A DNA stretch of 64,000 bases from Felis catus (Eukaryota): assembly GCF_018350175.1 (NCBI RefSeq), contig NC_058368.1, positions 6,324,001 through 6,388,000 on the forward strand, given 5' to 3'. The notes beneath the pieces were generated by a model. It had not been told where the DNA came from, ran no database searches, and saw only the letters and a list, made by a program, of their open reading frames with translations. Shown one piece after another: positions 1 to 13,036 of this stretch. Numbering within the stretch: position 1 is the first letter of the stretch; each line of letters opens with the position of its first letter. The translations under genes were made by a program, and so were the position numbers.

Positions 1-394
1 ACTTGAATCCTTTGTGTGCTTTCCAATGTGATTATTGGCACAGTGTTACGTTTTGTGATGTAGATTTTAGCACACTTCTAGAAGATTTCCCTTTTTTTAT
101 GTTAGATACATTAGAAAGACCTCATTCTGATGTGTTTTTTTTTTTCTGGTGTTGGAAAAAATTGACAGCACTAAGAAAATTCGTATATTTTCTTTTATAA
201 GACTTGAAATGCTGGGTTTTGCCATAATGCGTCTATTGTCGAGGAGACAGCTGGGCCATTATAATGATAACAATTTCTTCTGTCACTTTTCTTCAGTTTG
301 GGTGAAAGTTCTTAAGCTCTTTCTAAGAAAGAGCTACTTTTCACTTCTCTGAAACAGGGAGATCCTTATAGGTGATAACACTCCTACTTTATGG

Positions 395-505
395 TAATTG
401 CATATTTAATGTCTGCCTTCTCCCCTGGATGGTAGCTTCACAAAGCCAGGAGCTATGCCTGCCTTCTCATGTGATATTTGGCACACAGCAGGTGTTCAGT
501 ATACA
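395..505 (+). mobile_element. L2 LINE 3' end fragment (ancient)
   Basis: 'tgtctgccttctcccctgga...tggcacacagcaggtgttcagta' resembles the L2 3' terminal motif. Confidence 0.55.
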
Positions 506-1089
506 TTCAGTATACATCTGAAGTGGAGGGGCTAGGTGTGGAGAAAGGGAGCATGAATATTAATGATATTGATACTATCTATGAGAGAGAGAAAGTCAGA
601 TGTAGGAAGGGAGAGACTGGTGAAGAACACACATTTTAGAAAACTATAGAAAAAGATTTTGAGATTGAACAGAAGGTCCCAATTTGCTAAGGTGATAAAT
701 GTGAGTTCGAACTACTCAGTTATGTACATATGGTTTTGCTAATATTTAAACCTTATGATATGAGGAAAAAAGAGAATAGCATGATTATTTTTGCACGTAA
801 GTTGTATCTCGGTAAGGTATGTGGGCTGACTCTTGACGTTATCATCGGCTATCATTTATGGAGCCCTTACTCTTTGTCTGGTTGGACTCAGCATTTCACA
901 TTGTTTATCTCCAATTCTCACTACTGTGCGTCAGAGACATCCTTAGAGACATTTTACGGAATAAGGAAACTGAAGCCCAAATTCCAAACAGCTGTTGAGA
1001 GGCCGAGTGTGGATTTAAATTCATTTTACTCTAATGATCCTTTCCCTACATTGTGCTATGTTGGGGGAAAGACTGCTTTTTGGACTTAA

Positions 1090-1160
1090 ACATGTGACTT
1101 GAACATGTTGTTTAACTTTAATGAGCGTCCATTTCCTCATTTGGAAGATGGAGGTCTGAA
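1090..1160 (+). mobile_element. MIR fragment
   Basis: 'tgtgacttgaacatgttgtttaac...tttcctcatttggaagatgg' matches the MIR core. Confidence 0.55.
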
Positions 1161-1464
1161 AATAATTAATCTTCAGGCCTATTTTCCACTAAAATTCTAC
1201 AAATAGAGGGAGGTAAGGCACTCCCAGCTGTGTTTGGAGCTGTCCATGGTCCTGACAAGACAGACCCAATAATGCCATAATCACTTTAGGAAGAAGTCCA
1301 AGAGTCCAGAAACGCCTACATTAATAAAGATCTTGGTCTTATTCTCTGGGTCTCTTAAGTAATTAAGCATGCCTTCTCTTACTGCTGAGTGTATGGATTA
1401 TTCCAGGGCCCAAGCCACTGCAAATTAAAGATACAGGCAAATATGCACGCCCTTCCCCTCTCCA

Positions 1465-1490
1465 ACACACACACACACACACACACACAC
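1465..1490. repeat. (CA)n microsatellite
   Basis: Direct inspection. Confidence 0.95.
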
Positions 1491-3145
1491 CCCTGAAATA
1501 GTCTATGTGTTCCAGCCAAATGAGCTGTCCATCTTGCCTCCATTTTTTATTCTTTTGCCTTGAATTACAGATTCTTTTTCTGGGCAACAGATGTTCTTGA
1601 GCCTGAATTTCCAAGCTTAGCCACCCTACGAACCAAGTGAGATTAATTGAATGAATTATCTCAGAAGCCAAATAAGTTCTTTGGTTTTAGTCTACTTTTA
1701 TTCCTTTTTCCATTTACCCACAGGGATATATATTTCACATGTGTCTGTGTCAAGGGACGCATATTTATTGTATAAGCAATAATTTCAACACAAGATGTAG
1801 TGGATACAGGGATGTAAAAACTTAAGATGAGTGCCCACTGTACGTTTTCTCTGTTGATCATGGGCTAGTCACTGAATTTTGTACCATCATCTCTTACCAT
1901 TTACAACTTAACCCTAATGTATGACGTAACTTGTAAAATAGCATTAATAATAAACCTCTGGTATTTTGAAGTCTTTTTACTCTATGATGGCCTTTGCAAG
2001 ATTTTTTTTTAAACAGCAATATTTAAATGCATAAGGAGTTCTCTCCATGTTGAAATAGTGTGTCCCACTGAGAGTTAATTATAAGCTGGAGCTGCTTTAA
2101 TAAGGATATATTGGACCACAGTAAAAGTAAAATCCTAAAAACAACAAGTGATAAAATTGTAGCTAGACACTACTTTTAGTGGTTGCTTGAGTCCCTTTTT
2201 GAATTCTGTGTTCATTCACAGATCTGTGTATATAAATATGGTTTCACATTTTCAAATACACATACATGTATTTTCTTACATGCATACATAAGTAAATATA
2301 TACGGCTAAATCTAAGCTGTTTACATTTAAGGCCAGAGAGGATTCATTTTTTTGCCCTCCAAATTATCTTCCTGAGTGATCTTCAAGGAGAAGAAGGTCT
2401 TCAAAGGGAACGTTTTTAAGGTCCTTGAAGAAATGCTGAACAAGTGAATTCCTACATCAAGCCAAGGAAAAGAGTCAGAGAGCCATAGCCTATATGGTGC
2501 TCATCCCAGCCTCAAAGAGTAAGACCAGTCTTAGGGAGAGAAACATTTCCCCCAACTCATGCATAAAAAGAGGCTTTAGGGCTGGGAGGTCTGAAGGGGA
2601 CTTAAGACCTTTGGGCTCCTAGAGAGTTTGCAGCTCTGGGGGTGTTGGAAGCAGCTCCCTGGGCAGGGGCAGCATCACCCCAGGATGTTTGGCAGAAACA
2701 ATTACCAGGAAATGGTGGATGTCCATCACTATGGGTGGCTGTGCACAGGCCTCGCCAGGCAGCAACAACAGCAGCTCAGGCAGACTGAATAAATCCCTCA
2801 GCAGGCAACAAGGACCCAGGGAATGCCCAAAGTCAGCTGTGTTTGGGGGAATCGGTAGCAACCTTCAAATCAGATACAACATGCCTTTGCCACATTATTT
2901 ATACTTAGTTAAAATTTAATTTTTAAGTAAATTATAATGCATGGATACGTGCTTCCTTAGAAAACGTTCAACAATTAGAGAAAAGCTGAAATCCCATTTG
3001 CTATCACCCCCCAAACCTGGTTCCCTCTTCCTTTTTTTGAAGACCAGTTTATTTCTGCCATATTAAGGAATCGTTTTCCAAAAGAAAAAAGAAAAAAAAA
3101 TTATAGACTGGAAGTCAGTGAGAATACTGGTTTTCATATTGCCTT

Positions 3146-3364
3146 AAAAAAGTTTTTAATGTTTATTTATTTTTGAGAGAGACAGAGACAGAGACAGAGT
3201 ATGAGCAGGGGAGACACAGACAGAGGGAGGCACAGAATCCGGAGCAGGCTCCAGGCTCTGATCTGCCAGCACAGACCCCGACGCAGGGCTTGAACTCACA
3301 GACCATGAGATCATGGCCTGAACCAAAGTTGGCTGCTTAACCAACTGAGCCACCCAGGTGCCCC
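3146..3364 (-). mobile_element. CanSINE (SINEC_Fc-type)
   Basis: Reverse-strand tRNA-like head (ggggcacctgggtggctcag), (CT)n region, AATAAA tail; TSD 'atattgcctt' on both sides. Confidence 0.95.
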
Positions 3365-4458
3365 TTAATATTGCCTTTTTAAAAAATAAAAGAAAATAAA
3401 ATAAAAAATAAAAGAAGCACATGAAACACCAAGAATACAGGCAGTACAAATAGGGGGGGAAAAAAAGGAAAGAAAGAAAGAAAAAACAAATAAACAGAGC
3501 TTCTGATGAGATGTTGGAAATATTTACCTCTATCAGCCCAGTCTCATAAGTACAACATTTCTCAACGGAAGGGAAATGGAGTTAAAGGTCTGGGTCCACG
3601 TGGCTGATTGATGGACCACTCTGATGTGTTGACATAAAGAAAGAAAGAAAAATCACATTCCCCAGGTTGTAGCTACATAAGGCAAGCCTCTGCTGGCAAC
3701 GTCTAATCATCTTCCCCAAGGCTGTTGTGTCTTTCATATTGATGATTCAAGGTAGTTAAGAGATAGCAGGCTGGGCAGCCTTTCACGGGGTGGCCGATTA
3801 ACATTTTATCAGTAAAATTCCGTGATTTGGACACGTTTCACAGAGCAGACGTGATTCTGAAGGCACAGAATAAATAGTCAAGGTCTCCATGTGCTAGTTA
3901 ATTTCTTAGTCACATGTTTTAATGGGGCCCTGTGATTATCATTATTTAATTTGATGAGGCAGGTGCTCTGATTGCTGTGAAATAGTCATCTGGTAAATGG
4001 TACTTTCATGGCCTGATGGCGTTGCTGCAGCCACCCTCTGGCTTACTGTCCAGGGGCAGAAACCCTAGACATTTTGTTCTTTGTAACAGGTCACATGGTG
4101 CATGGACAGCTTGGCAGTTCTCCGAGGTGTCAGGCAGGTGAGACAGGAATCCCTTCACATCTAGGGAAGACAAGCCAAAGATAAGTGAGCTGGAGACCAG
4201 TGACCAGTAAGTCTGTGGTTATATCATGTCCCCTGCCTTCACATCCAGCATCTTAGGAGCACCTTCCAGAACACTTGGGCAACCAAATCCTTGTGCTTCC
4301 CTTTCTGCAAGAAAGTACTCTGTGAGCCTCTAAAGAAGTGGTCACCCTCGCTTTCTCTCCCAGTCACCGATGCTCAAGCAACTTGGCTTATGACAAATGT
4401 GAGCAAAGTATCTCATACGAGTTGTTTGGCAGCCACCATATTTTTGGATGTATACACT

Positions 4459-4671
4459 TTTCCTTTCTTTAAATGTTTATTTATTTGTTATGAGAGAAAG
4501 AGAATGGGAGCGAGTAAGCGGGAGAGAGGCAGGGGTGGGGGGAGAATCCCAAGCAGACTCCGGCTGTCAGTGCAGAGCCTGATGCGGGGCTTGATCTCAC
4601 AAACTTCGAGATCATGACCTGAGCCGAGATCAAGAGCCCGACACTTAACCAATTGAGCCACCCAGGCACAC
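4459..4671 (-). mobile_element. CanSINE
   Basis: Full SINE body on reverse strand. Confidence 0.92.
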
Positions 4672-4674
4672 TTG

Positions 4675-5085
4675 ACTCTTTTTAAGTGTGTGGTTCAGGA
4701 GTCTTAAGTATATTTACATTGTTCTGCACGCCAATCTCTAGAACTTTCTCATCTTAAAAAGCTCAAACTCCACATCCATTAAACACTAGTTTCCCCCTCC
4801 CCCCCAACTGCCCCTGGCAACCACCCTTCTCCTTTCTGTCTCTGAATCTGACTACTCCAGGTACCTCACACAAGTGGAGTCACACAATATTTGTGTTTTT
4901 GTATAACTGGCTTCTTTCATGTGGCTTAATGTCTTCCGTGTTCAACCATATTGTACACTGTGGGCTGAATAATATTTCATTGTATGTAGATGCCTCATTT
5001 TGTTTATCTGCTCACCTTTCAACCGATATTTGGCTTGCTTCCTCCTTTGGCCTATGGTGAATGTTGCTGCCAGGAACATGGGTGT
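4675..5085 (-). mobile_element. Old L1 (L1M-type) 3' UTR fragment
   Basis: 'cccctggcaaccacc...tctgtctctgaatctgactactccaggtacctca...aatatttcattgtatgt' is typical L1MA/MB 3' end. Confidence 0.8.
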
Positions 5086-6329
5086 GTGAATCACTCTCCT
5101 CTCTATCTCTGTCTCTCTGTGTTTCATAATCCAACCTTTGGATCTCACCCTGACTCAACGTTCTGCTGCCGGGAAAGGAGATGTGAGAAATCATTAACGC
5201 CTCGGTGCAAATGTGCGTAATGTGTTATTCCTAAATGAGACTGTCTGCATTTTAAAAAGAGGACCAAAGGGAAAGGAACATAAGGGAATGAATACAAGTT
5301 GTGGAGTCCCTGGGTGGGCGCTGTGTGGGCCGATGGCACCCTAGCACTTCTCAGAGCTGATGGGAATTCTGTACCAATGGAAGTGGGACTCTGCTCCCAT
5401 TAGCCCAGAACACCCTTGTCTTACGTGTCAGTTCCGATCCGAGTCTATCTTAACCATCAAACGTGAAGCATACACTCGTCTCGACCTGTCATCATCTCGT
5501 GTTAGGCTGGGAGAGAAAATCCTTATAACGTGCTGGAGAAAGCTCACTCTGCTCACAGAGCAGGTCTGGTTCCGCTCAGACCCCAGATCACACCTCCCCA
5601 CTGAGCCTTTTTTCCTCACACCAGCATCCCCGGGGCCACAGCTCCTGCACGGTTGTAATCCTCCCCAGCGAGGGTTTGCTAATCTCTATTATCTTTGCCT
5701 TATGACACCTGTCAACTCATGCTCCTCTCGGAGTTCACCACCACGAACACACTGTTGCCAGAAACACACGTCCGCCCACAACTGAAGATATGCAACCTAG
5801 GGAATATCTGTCTTCCTACAGACTTTACCCGCTGTAGTCTCAGAAAATGTTCATAGGCTGCAAGAATTCGTGGTTGCTGAACGGAATCTCTGTCCTCTTT
5901 TCTTCGATTGTAATGTCACAAGCGGAGCCTGTCACGGCAGATCAGTCGCCGTGACTTAACGTGTTGCCTTTTTGCAGCACTTCTCACATCCTTCTGCTCT
6001 CACCAGCTGGACGCAGCCTGGGTGGGGGGTGGTGGGTGGGCTTGCGGGAGACAACGGGGAAAGACCCAGTCACGTCTGGAAGGTGCAGAGTTTAGAACCG
6101 TAGGGAAGGCTGATTTCTGAGTGTTGGGGTGGCCGACCGGGACTTAGGTGAGAGGGGGCGGCGGGCTGGTATGTCGGGGCGGAGGGGGTGGGAGAGAGTG
6201 ATGGATGCCAAAGTAGTGCACCCAAATTCAGGAACTGTGCCAAAGTGAGAGTGCAGGAACCAGAGACCTAAGGGGGACGTGGAGAAGTGAATTTAATCCT
6301 GGAAATAGCTTTCCACGGACCTGCCCTTA

Positions 6330-6600
6330 TTTTATTATATATTTATTTATTTTTGAAGTTTAGTTGTTTATTTTGAGAGAGAGAGAGAGAGAGAGAGAGA
6401 ATCCCAAGTAGGCTCCATGCTGTCAGTGCAGAACCTGTCCAGGGTCTCAAACCCACGAACCATGAAATCGTGGCCCGAGCCGAAATCAAGAGTCCGAAGC
6501 TTAAGTGACCGAGCCACGCAGGCGCCCGACATGGGGCTTGAGCTCACGACCCGAAGATTAAGAGTCGCGTGCTCTACTGACTGAGCCCACTAAGCACTCC
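6330..6600 (-). mobile_element. CanSINE plus an adjacent older SINE head fragment
   Basis: SINE 6330-6527 with (GA)n; second head fragment 6528-6600. Confidence 0.88.
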
Positions 6601-6707
6601 TCACTGATTGCTTTTAAAAGCTTAGGTATATGTTCTGAGGAAATTTCCTTTCGTTAGAACTTCCCATTGCCAGTTAAAACCCTCATGGTATTTTAAAAAT
6701 ATCTTCC

Positions 6708-6921
6708 GGGGCGCCTGGATGGCTCAGTCGGTTAAGCCTCGGACTCCGGCTCAGGTCCTGATCACACAGTCCGTGAGTTCGAGCCCCGCGTCGGGCTCTG
6801 TGCTGACCGCTCAGCGCCTGGAGCCTGCTTCGGATCCTGGGTCTCCCTCTCTCCCTTTGCCTCCCTGCCCCGCCCCCATTCATGTTCTGTCTCTCTGTGT
6901 CAAAAATAAATCAACATTAAA
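6708..6921 (+). mobile_element. CanSINE (SINEC_Fc-type)
   Basis: ggggcgcctggatggctcagtcggttaag... to aaaaataaa tail. Confidence 0.95.
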
Positions 6922-8384
6922 TCAGAGTCTGTGAAGGTGGGCCTTGGGCACTGGATACAAAACAGCAACTTCCCGCGTGATTGTAACGAAGCCATAATTA
7001 ACCACTGCTTTGGCCTCTCCCCATGTACATCCACCTTGCATACCACTTCCAGACAAACCTTTCAAAGTCTGATGCTTTAGAACCCTCAGGGACTCTCCGT
7101 TGACTTCTCAAGTTGATGGGTTTCCTCGGCCTGTCTTCCAACACGCTTCGTGTCGTGGGGCTCCGCGCCTGTGGCCTGCCTACCTTCTCCTTCCGGCTCA
7201 TTGCCTGCCTGACTGCGGCAGCGTAGAAGCCCTGGGTGGGCCAGGCGCAGGTGTGGGAAGGAAATCCCATCTGGCGGGCAGAAAGGGGTGTCTGAGGGGC
7301 ACGTGAGCAAACACGAGGGAAGCCCAGTACGGGGAACGGAGGCGTCCCATGACACGGGGTGGCAATATTCAGAGGTTCACGCAGACAGCAAGATCACAGA
7401 CCAGAGAAGGCTCTCAGCTACAGGTTGGTGGTCCTAGAGCCCTGGAAGCCATGCTGCTCAAGCCTAGCTGGGCAATGAGAATGAGGTAGAACGTCCATCT
7501 CAGCCCCAGGCCAGCTCTATCCCAACTGTCCACAGTAAGTATCCAGAAATCTTCCAACCACGCTGCCTCTCCCAAGGCAACAGCATCTGCCCAGGGTACC
7601 AGCCTTGGCCCCATAATCGGCAAGGTGGTTGCGGTCCTGGGCTGCCAGACCCCGGAAGCTCAGAAGGTCAGGCAGGAAGACCAGGCCACCTGTCGGGTTG
7701 TGTGCTCCTGTCTCATTTCCTGGGCTTCGCCTGCCTCTTTCCTGAATCTCCGCTGCCTCACCAGCTGGAACCCCTGGGCTGGGCTGGGCTGGGCTGGCTC
7801 TGCATCGGTCCCTCCTGTACGCTCCGTGCTCTGCCCCTCTGAAATCTCATCTTAGTGATGAGCTCTGCCAGAGCCCCTCTGGGCTCCTGAACCTGCTTGG
7901 AAACGGGTCGAATGTGCCAAGCCCTGTCCGCCCTGCCTGAGCTGGGTTTATCAGTGCAATCCCTCCCCAAAGCTATCTTTTCTGCTCCCACTTCCTGCCT
8001 TTGGTCCGTTCCAGGCCTTCTTCCTTGGTCCAGACCCCAAATGAGCTCTCCCCTCACCGGCATGCCCCCTGCGTCTAACTCCCCATCAGAGGGTAACACT
8101 TAGAGGGAACCATTTAAAATCGCCCTACAAATAAATATTTGTTGATGTTTGTGTTGGTGCTAAGTGGAGAAAAACAAAAGGTAGTTTGTATCTGTATGTG
8201 TTCACCCCACCTATGTAACAAGTGCTCAGACAAGGTCTGCAAGGGTATTCAGCAATATGTTAAGAGCGGTTGTCTCTGGGAGGTGGAATTATGGAAGTCT
8301 TCCAATTTTCTCCTTTTTGTTTATCGCTGTCATATAATTATTCCGCAGTAAAAAAAATTGTTTTTTTTTAAGAAGGAAAATTAT

Positions 8385-8467
8385 ATACATGTGTGTGTAT
8401 GTATATATATATATATACACACATATATATTTTTTATTTGTAAATACACACACATACACACACACAT
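8385..8467. repeat. Compound (TG)/(TA)/(CA) microsatellite
   Basis: Direct inspection. Confidence 0.8.
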
Positions 8468-8664
8468 TTACAAGTACAAAACATAAGGTAGCTACAGGGA
8501 TCCTGGTTCTCAGAAACAAGACAGAGGTCGAACTGAGAGCACCCGGCCAAAAGCACAGTTCAATTAAGAACTAGAGATTGCAGCCAAGCCCCAAAGTGTT
8601 GGGCCCAAGCTCCCGAGGGCAGGTACTTAAGACTTAAGGGGGTGCTTAAGACTGTAACTATTAA

Positions 8665-8850
8665 CAGCTTGCTCGGGTTTGAATTCCAGCTCACCACCTG
8701 AGAGATGTGCAACTCTAGGCAAATTGCTTAACCTCTCTGTGCCTTGTTTTTCTGAATACTTTGGCGCTTCAGTGGACCATATCGTGTAACAGGTACTTCA
8801 AAAGGTGCCTGCCATATAGCAAGTATGCAACTGATGTTCACTGTTCTGGG
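8665..8850 (+). mobile_element. MIR
   Basis: 'gggtttgaattccagctc...ggcaaattgcttaacctctctgtgcct' MIR core. Confidence 0.7.
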
Positions 8851-11368
8851 AAGGAAGGCGGGAGGGTCTGGGTGGAAAACCTACCTGGAGCTTCTAACCC
8901 TCTTTGGGCTCCTCCTGTTTATATTCCTGAAATCCCACCCATTCTTGAAACTCCATCTCAAATGCCACATCCTTCGCTCAAGCCTCCCCTTTCTGGGCCT
9001 CCAACCGGGAGGGGCCTCGCTTTCCTCCGCATCCACCCGTCACTGTGTACCGTGCCCCCAGCCCCGAACGCACCCTGCCTTCTCAGCCAGTAATTTGTAC
9101 ACTCGTTTTGTCCCCTCTTTGCAACCGTACGCGGAGAACCCGTGTCGTGCCTTCCACGCTGTAGCACACATTAACTATCTGAGTTGAATCGCACGTTTTG
9201 AAGACGATCAATTCGTCCTACGAAAATGCTAACTGAAAAGTGCTGAGATTTACCGCTCGGATGGAACCGTATTTGTTGCTTGACCGATATAAGGAAGAGT
9301 AGTTGTATATTTAAACTTACGCACTTTGGTCCCACGGAAGTTTGGATGTGTCAAAGGGTACCGGCCAGGAACCTCTTTGTTATTCGCAAAACAGGTCACA
9401 AATAAGATTGCAGGTTGGCGGAGTAAAGCGGGATCTGGCCACGAAGTTGCCAATGTCTGTGATGGCATCCAAATGCCGAACGGGGACGGGGACGGCATCT
9501 CAGTCCCCGCCAGTGCGAACGTGAGGAACCGTGCGAGGCTGTGTTGTTGGCCTGCAGTCAGCAACTTTCTGTTTGGGGAAGAAAAATGCTACACTTGCTA
9601 GAGTTTTGTTTCATATTTACCTCCCACACGTCTTGGCAAATAAACTATACATCGTTTGTTGTTCTCCATCCAGACCACACTTCCTTTTCAAATGTGTTTG
9701 TGTTACATTTGCCAGGGAGCCAGGGGATCTTAACTGGAGTACTTACCGCATCAAAACCTGTCAGTGGGAAGAGGGTGGCGTATTGAGCACCTATTTGCAC
9801 ACGGGCTGTACGTTAGCCTCGTGCCCTGAAGCGATATATCCGAGAATGAGAGCTCAGGGCCATACACCGGACACATTTCGTCTGGGTTAAACAGGACTCC
9901 ACGCCACCTCCCGCCCAAAGCCCGCTGAAAATTGATCAGCGGGCGCTGTTGTTGCCTTGGACATAGAGTAGGCGCTCAATAAATGCCTGTCGACGGACTG
10001 CCTTGCGCCATTTATTTAATGTCAATTTTTGAAAGGCAATGAGTAGAGCATGTGGAAATAGCGTCTGCGTGTAAGCAACCTACAGTTTTCACGGGACAAA
10101 GAATTTCCGAATTGGGCTAGAGAGGTGGGAAAATGTAAAGTAGGTGAAGAGAATTAGAAGGCGGTGGTGGGCAGTGTGGGGCTTTGGGACACTGTGTCCC
10201 TCGATGTCCTGTGTTGAAAGGCTGAGACCTACCTCTCTAAGATGTTTCTGAGCAGCAGGATGTTGGGGTGATGGTGAGGTCGGGGTTGGGGGGGGGGAAT
10301 GTATCTGCCCTGGCTTTGACACTGGGGTCTTTGTTTATCCAGAAGCATTCCTGCTTTTCTCCATGGCTTTTGGGATTTCCTTTGCATGTGTGGGAGGGAG
10401 TTAAGCAGAGATGGATAGATGGATGTCTCCTGCCTTTAAAGCTGGGACTTAAAGGGGAACAAAATGGGCAAAGTTATTGGGAACGGAAGTGCGTTATTTA
10501 TTGATTCCGGAAGGCTTCATCGTTCATTCATAATTTTAAAAATACAACAGGGATCATTTTAAAAGAGAAAACGACTTCATTTTGAATCACCTGAAGAGAA
10601 ATATTACTATTACTGTGGCCTGTGGGGGCAGGGTGGGGTGAGTAATAGATTAATGCCGTCTCATCTCAGATCTAAAGACCCGATTCTCGGGAAAGGCAGA
10701 GACACGTGGTGGGGAGATGGGACGATTTTAAACGGGCATAACTACCCAGCCCAGAGCCGAGAGCCCTGAGGGCGCCCAGAGCCCTCGCTGGCTGCACCGT
10801 GTGTGGGGGATGAACTTGCAGCGCGCCTGCTAACCTGCAGCCGTGGGTTTTACGGCCCCTGCCTGAAGGGTCTTTATCTTTGACAAAACTGGAATTACAC
10901 AAAGACTGTGGGGCACTGTTAGTTTCCCTCGCCTGGCTGAACTTGACCCTTTCTCCTGGCGTCCACTGGGAATCGAATGGGAAACTGCTTTTAGCAGGGC
11001 TTCACTGTAATAATCTATAAGTCATTAACTGTAGCTATATTTAAACCTACAAGAATCAATCTCTGAGATCCTAGCAGATGTTATTGACATAAAGACCAGC
11101 GCCTCAAAAAATCCTTTAGAAACAATGATTTTAGGTCTGGGGCTGGGGATTCGCACTTCCCCATCTTCCAATCATCTTCGATTTGCTACCTGGGGCTGGG
11201 ACGCACGCCTCCGTCACATTCTATTCCAGAGCACCTGGCACTGGAGGGTCTCACACGCGGGACTGCGATAGATCTTCCATGTGTCCCTGGGGCAGACGCA
11301 AGGTTAGAGGCCACTGTATAAATAGAAGCTGAAGCCAATGTTCTCCAGGGAGACTATAGCGATGATGC

Positions 11369-11760
11369 TGTTACGTGTTGAATTGTGCCTCGCCATTCAT
11401 TTGTCGAAGTGTCAAACTCCAGGACCTCAAAATGTACCTATGTTGGGAGATAAGGTCTTTAAAGAGATGATTAAGTCAAAATGAGGCTGTCAGGGTGGGC
11501 CCTAATCCTATATGACTGGTGCCCTCACAAGAAGACGATGAGACACCAGCGGGTGTGTGCCCAGGAGGGACACCAGTGAGGACACAGCCAGAGCGGCCAT
11601 CGCCATCTATGAGCCAAGGAGACAGGCTTCAGGAGAAGCCGACCCTGCCTGCACCTTGACCTCGGACCCCCAGCCTCCTGACCTATGGGAAATAAATTTC
11701 CATTGTTTAAGCCCCCCAGCCGGTGGTACTTTGTTACGGCAGCTCCAGCAAACTAATACG
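11369..11760 (+). mobile_element. ERVL-MaLR solo LTR (MLT1A/B-like)
   Basis: Starts tgttacgtgttgaattgtg, contains 'agggtgggccctaatcc' and AATAAA, ends 'gcaaactaatac'. Confidence 0.88.
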
Positions 11761-11842
11761 GAGGCGAAATCACTTCTGGGCATGCTCCTAGCTAAGTATC
11801 AAACAGACGGAATTTTTTATGTTACTTATTTGGGGGGGAGCG

Positions 11843-12170
11843 TATTAGGGAGCGTTTCAGTTTTGGTCTTGTTAGAAATAGATGGTACACTCCAAGGGTG
11901 TCACCGAAGAGTGTGAGGAAGGTGACTGACTGGTGTGGGCAAGGCTGAGGGAGCGGAGGAGGGATGGGGCGACCCGGGGACTGGCAGCAGTGGGGTGCCA
12001 TTGGCACGCTTGACCTGAGGGCCAAGAGGATCGAAGTGTTGCTGGAGCCCCCGGCAGCTGTAGCTGTAGAAAGGAGGCGGCTGGCCGCAGAGTGGCAGGG
12101 GTGGTGGAAAGGGAAAGATAAACACTCAGCCCTCTCTCTCCTCCTGCCCTCTTCACCTGTGCCAGTGCCT
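11843..12170 (-). mobile_element. Degenerate LTR-like element (old MaLR/ERVL type)
   Basis: 'tattaggg...agaaatagatggtacactc...gggactggcagcagtggg...gctgtagctgtag' resembles old LTR consensus. Confidence 0.45.
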
Positions 12171-12855
12171 CCTGTTGCCCGACCTGCGTGATGGTGCAGC
12201 CCTGCAAGGTCAGGCTCCGGGCTATGGCACAGGGCAGAGAAGGGCCGAGAACACACGAGCGTGGGCACGGAGAATGTTAGCTCCTCTCTCAGAAGATCCA
12301 CTCCTGCCACGTTCAGAATGGCGCCCTCTCGCCCTGGGTTTCTTTGCTTTTCACTTCTCCTCTCGCTTTTGGCCATTTTCTTAGTTGTAGTTTCGTCATT
12401 TTTACAAGTGGGAGCCGTAAATATTTACCTCATGGGATTGTCGTGAACGAAACAACTTATGGACCCGTTGAAAGCCCCTGGCACAGAGGAGATCCCCTAG
12501 GAACCTCATTTGTTCTTGTTCGCCTCTAACTACTCCTCCCCCGCCTGTATCTTCCCCATGCTCTTCTTCAAGCCTTCGTAGGTCCACACCAGACTCTCTT
12601 GGGATGGCTTTGCCACCAGGTCAGTGTGCTCTACAAAAATGGGACAGGAACAGGAAAGAAATAGGTGAGAAGGCAGTTTTGCGTATTGGCCAGAATAGAG
12701 ATAAAATAAAGTTCCGTTAAAGAAATGGAAGAGGTTAAAGAGGAGGAGAAGGCTAATGTAGGGACACGAGAAAGTGCAGAAGATCGATCACAAAAGAAGA
12801 AATAGGTGCTCTCTGGCTCCTTTTCCTTCCAAGGTCTGAAACCTCACTCCTATGG

Positions 12856-13036
12856 AGGAAGGGAGGGAAGGAGGGAGGGAAGAAGGAGTGAGTGCATGGC
12901 TCGGTGGATGGGTAGATGGGTGGATGGATGGGTGGACAGATCGCTGGCTGGCTGGCTGGCTGGGTGAATGATTGGATGAATGGATGGATGGATGGATGGA
13001 TGGATGGTTGGTTGGATGGATGGGCAGATAGATGGA
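12856..13036. repeat. (GGAG)/(GGAT)/(GGCT)n compound tetranucleotide repeat
   Basis: Direct inspection. Confidence 0.92.
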
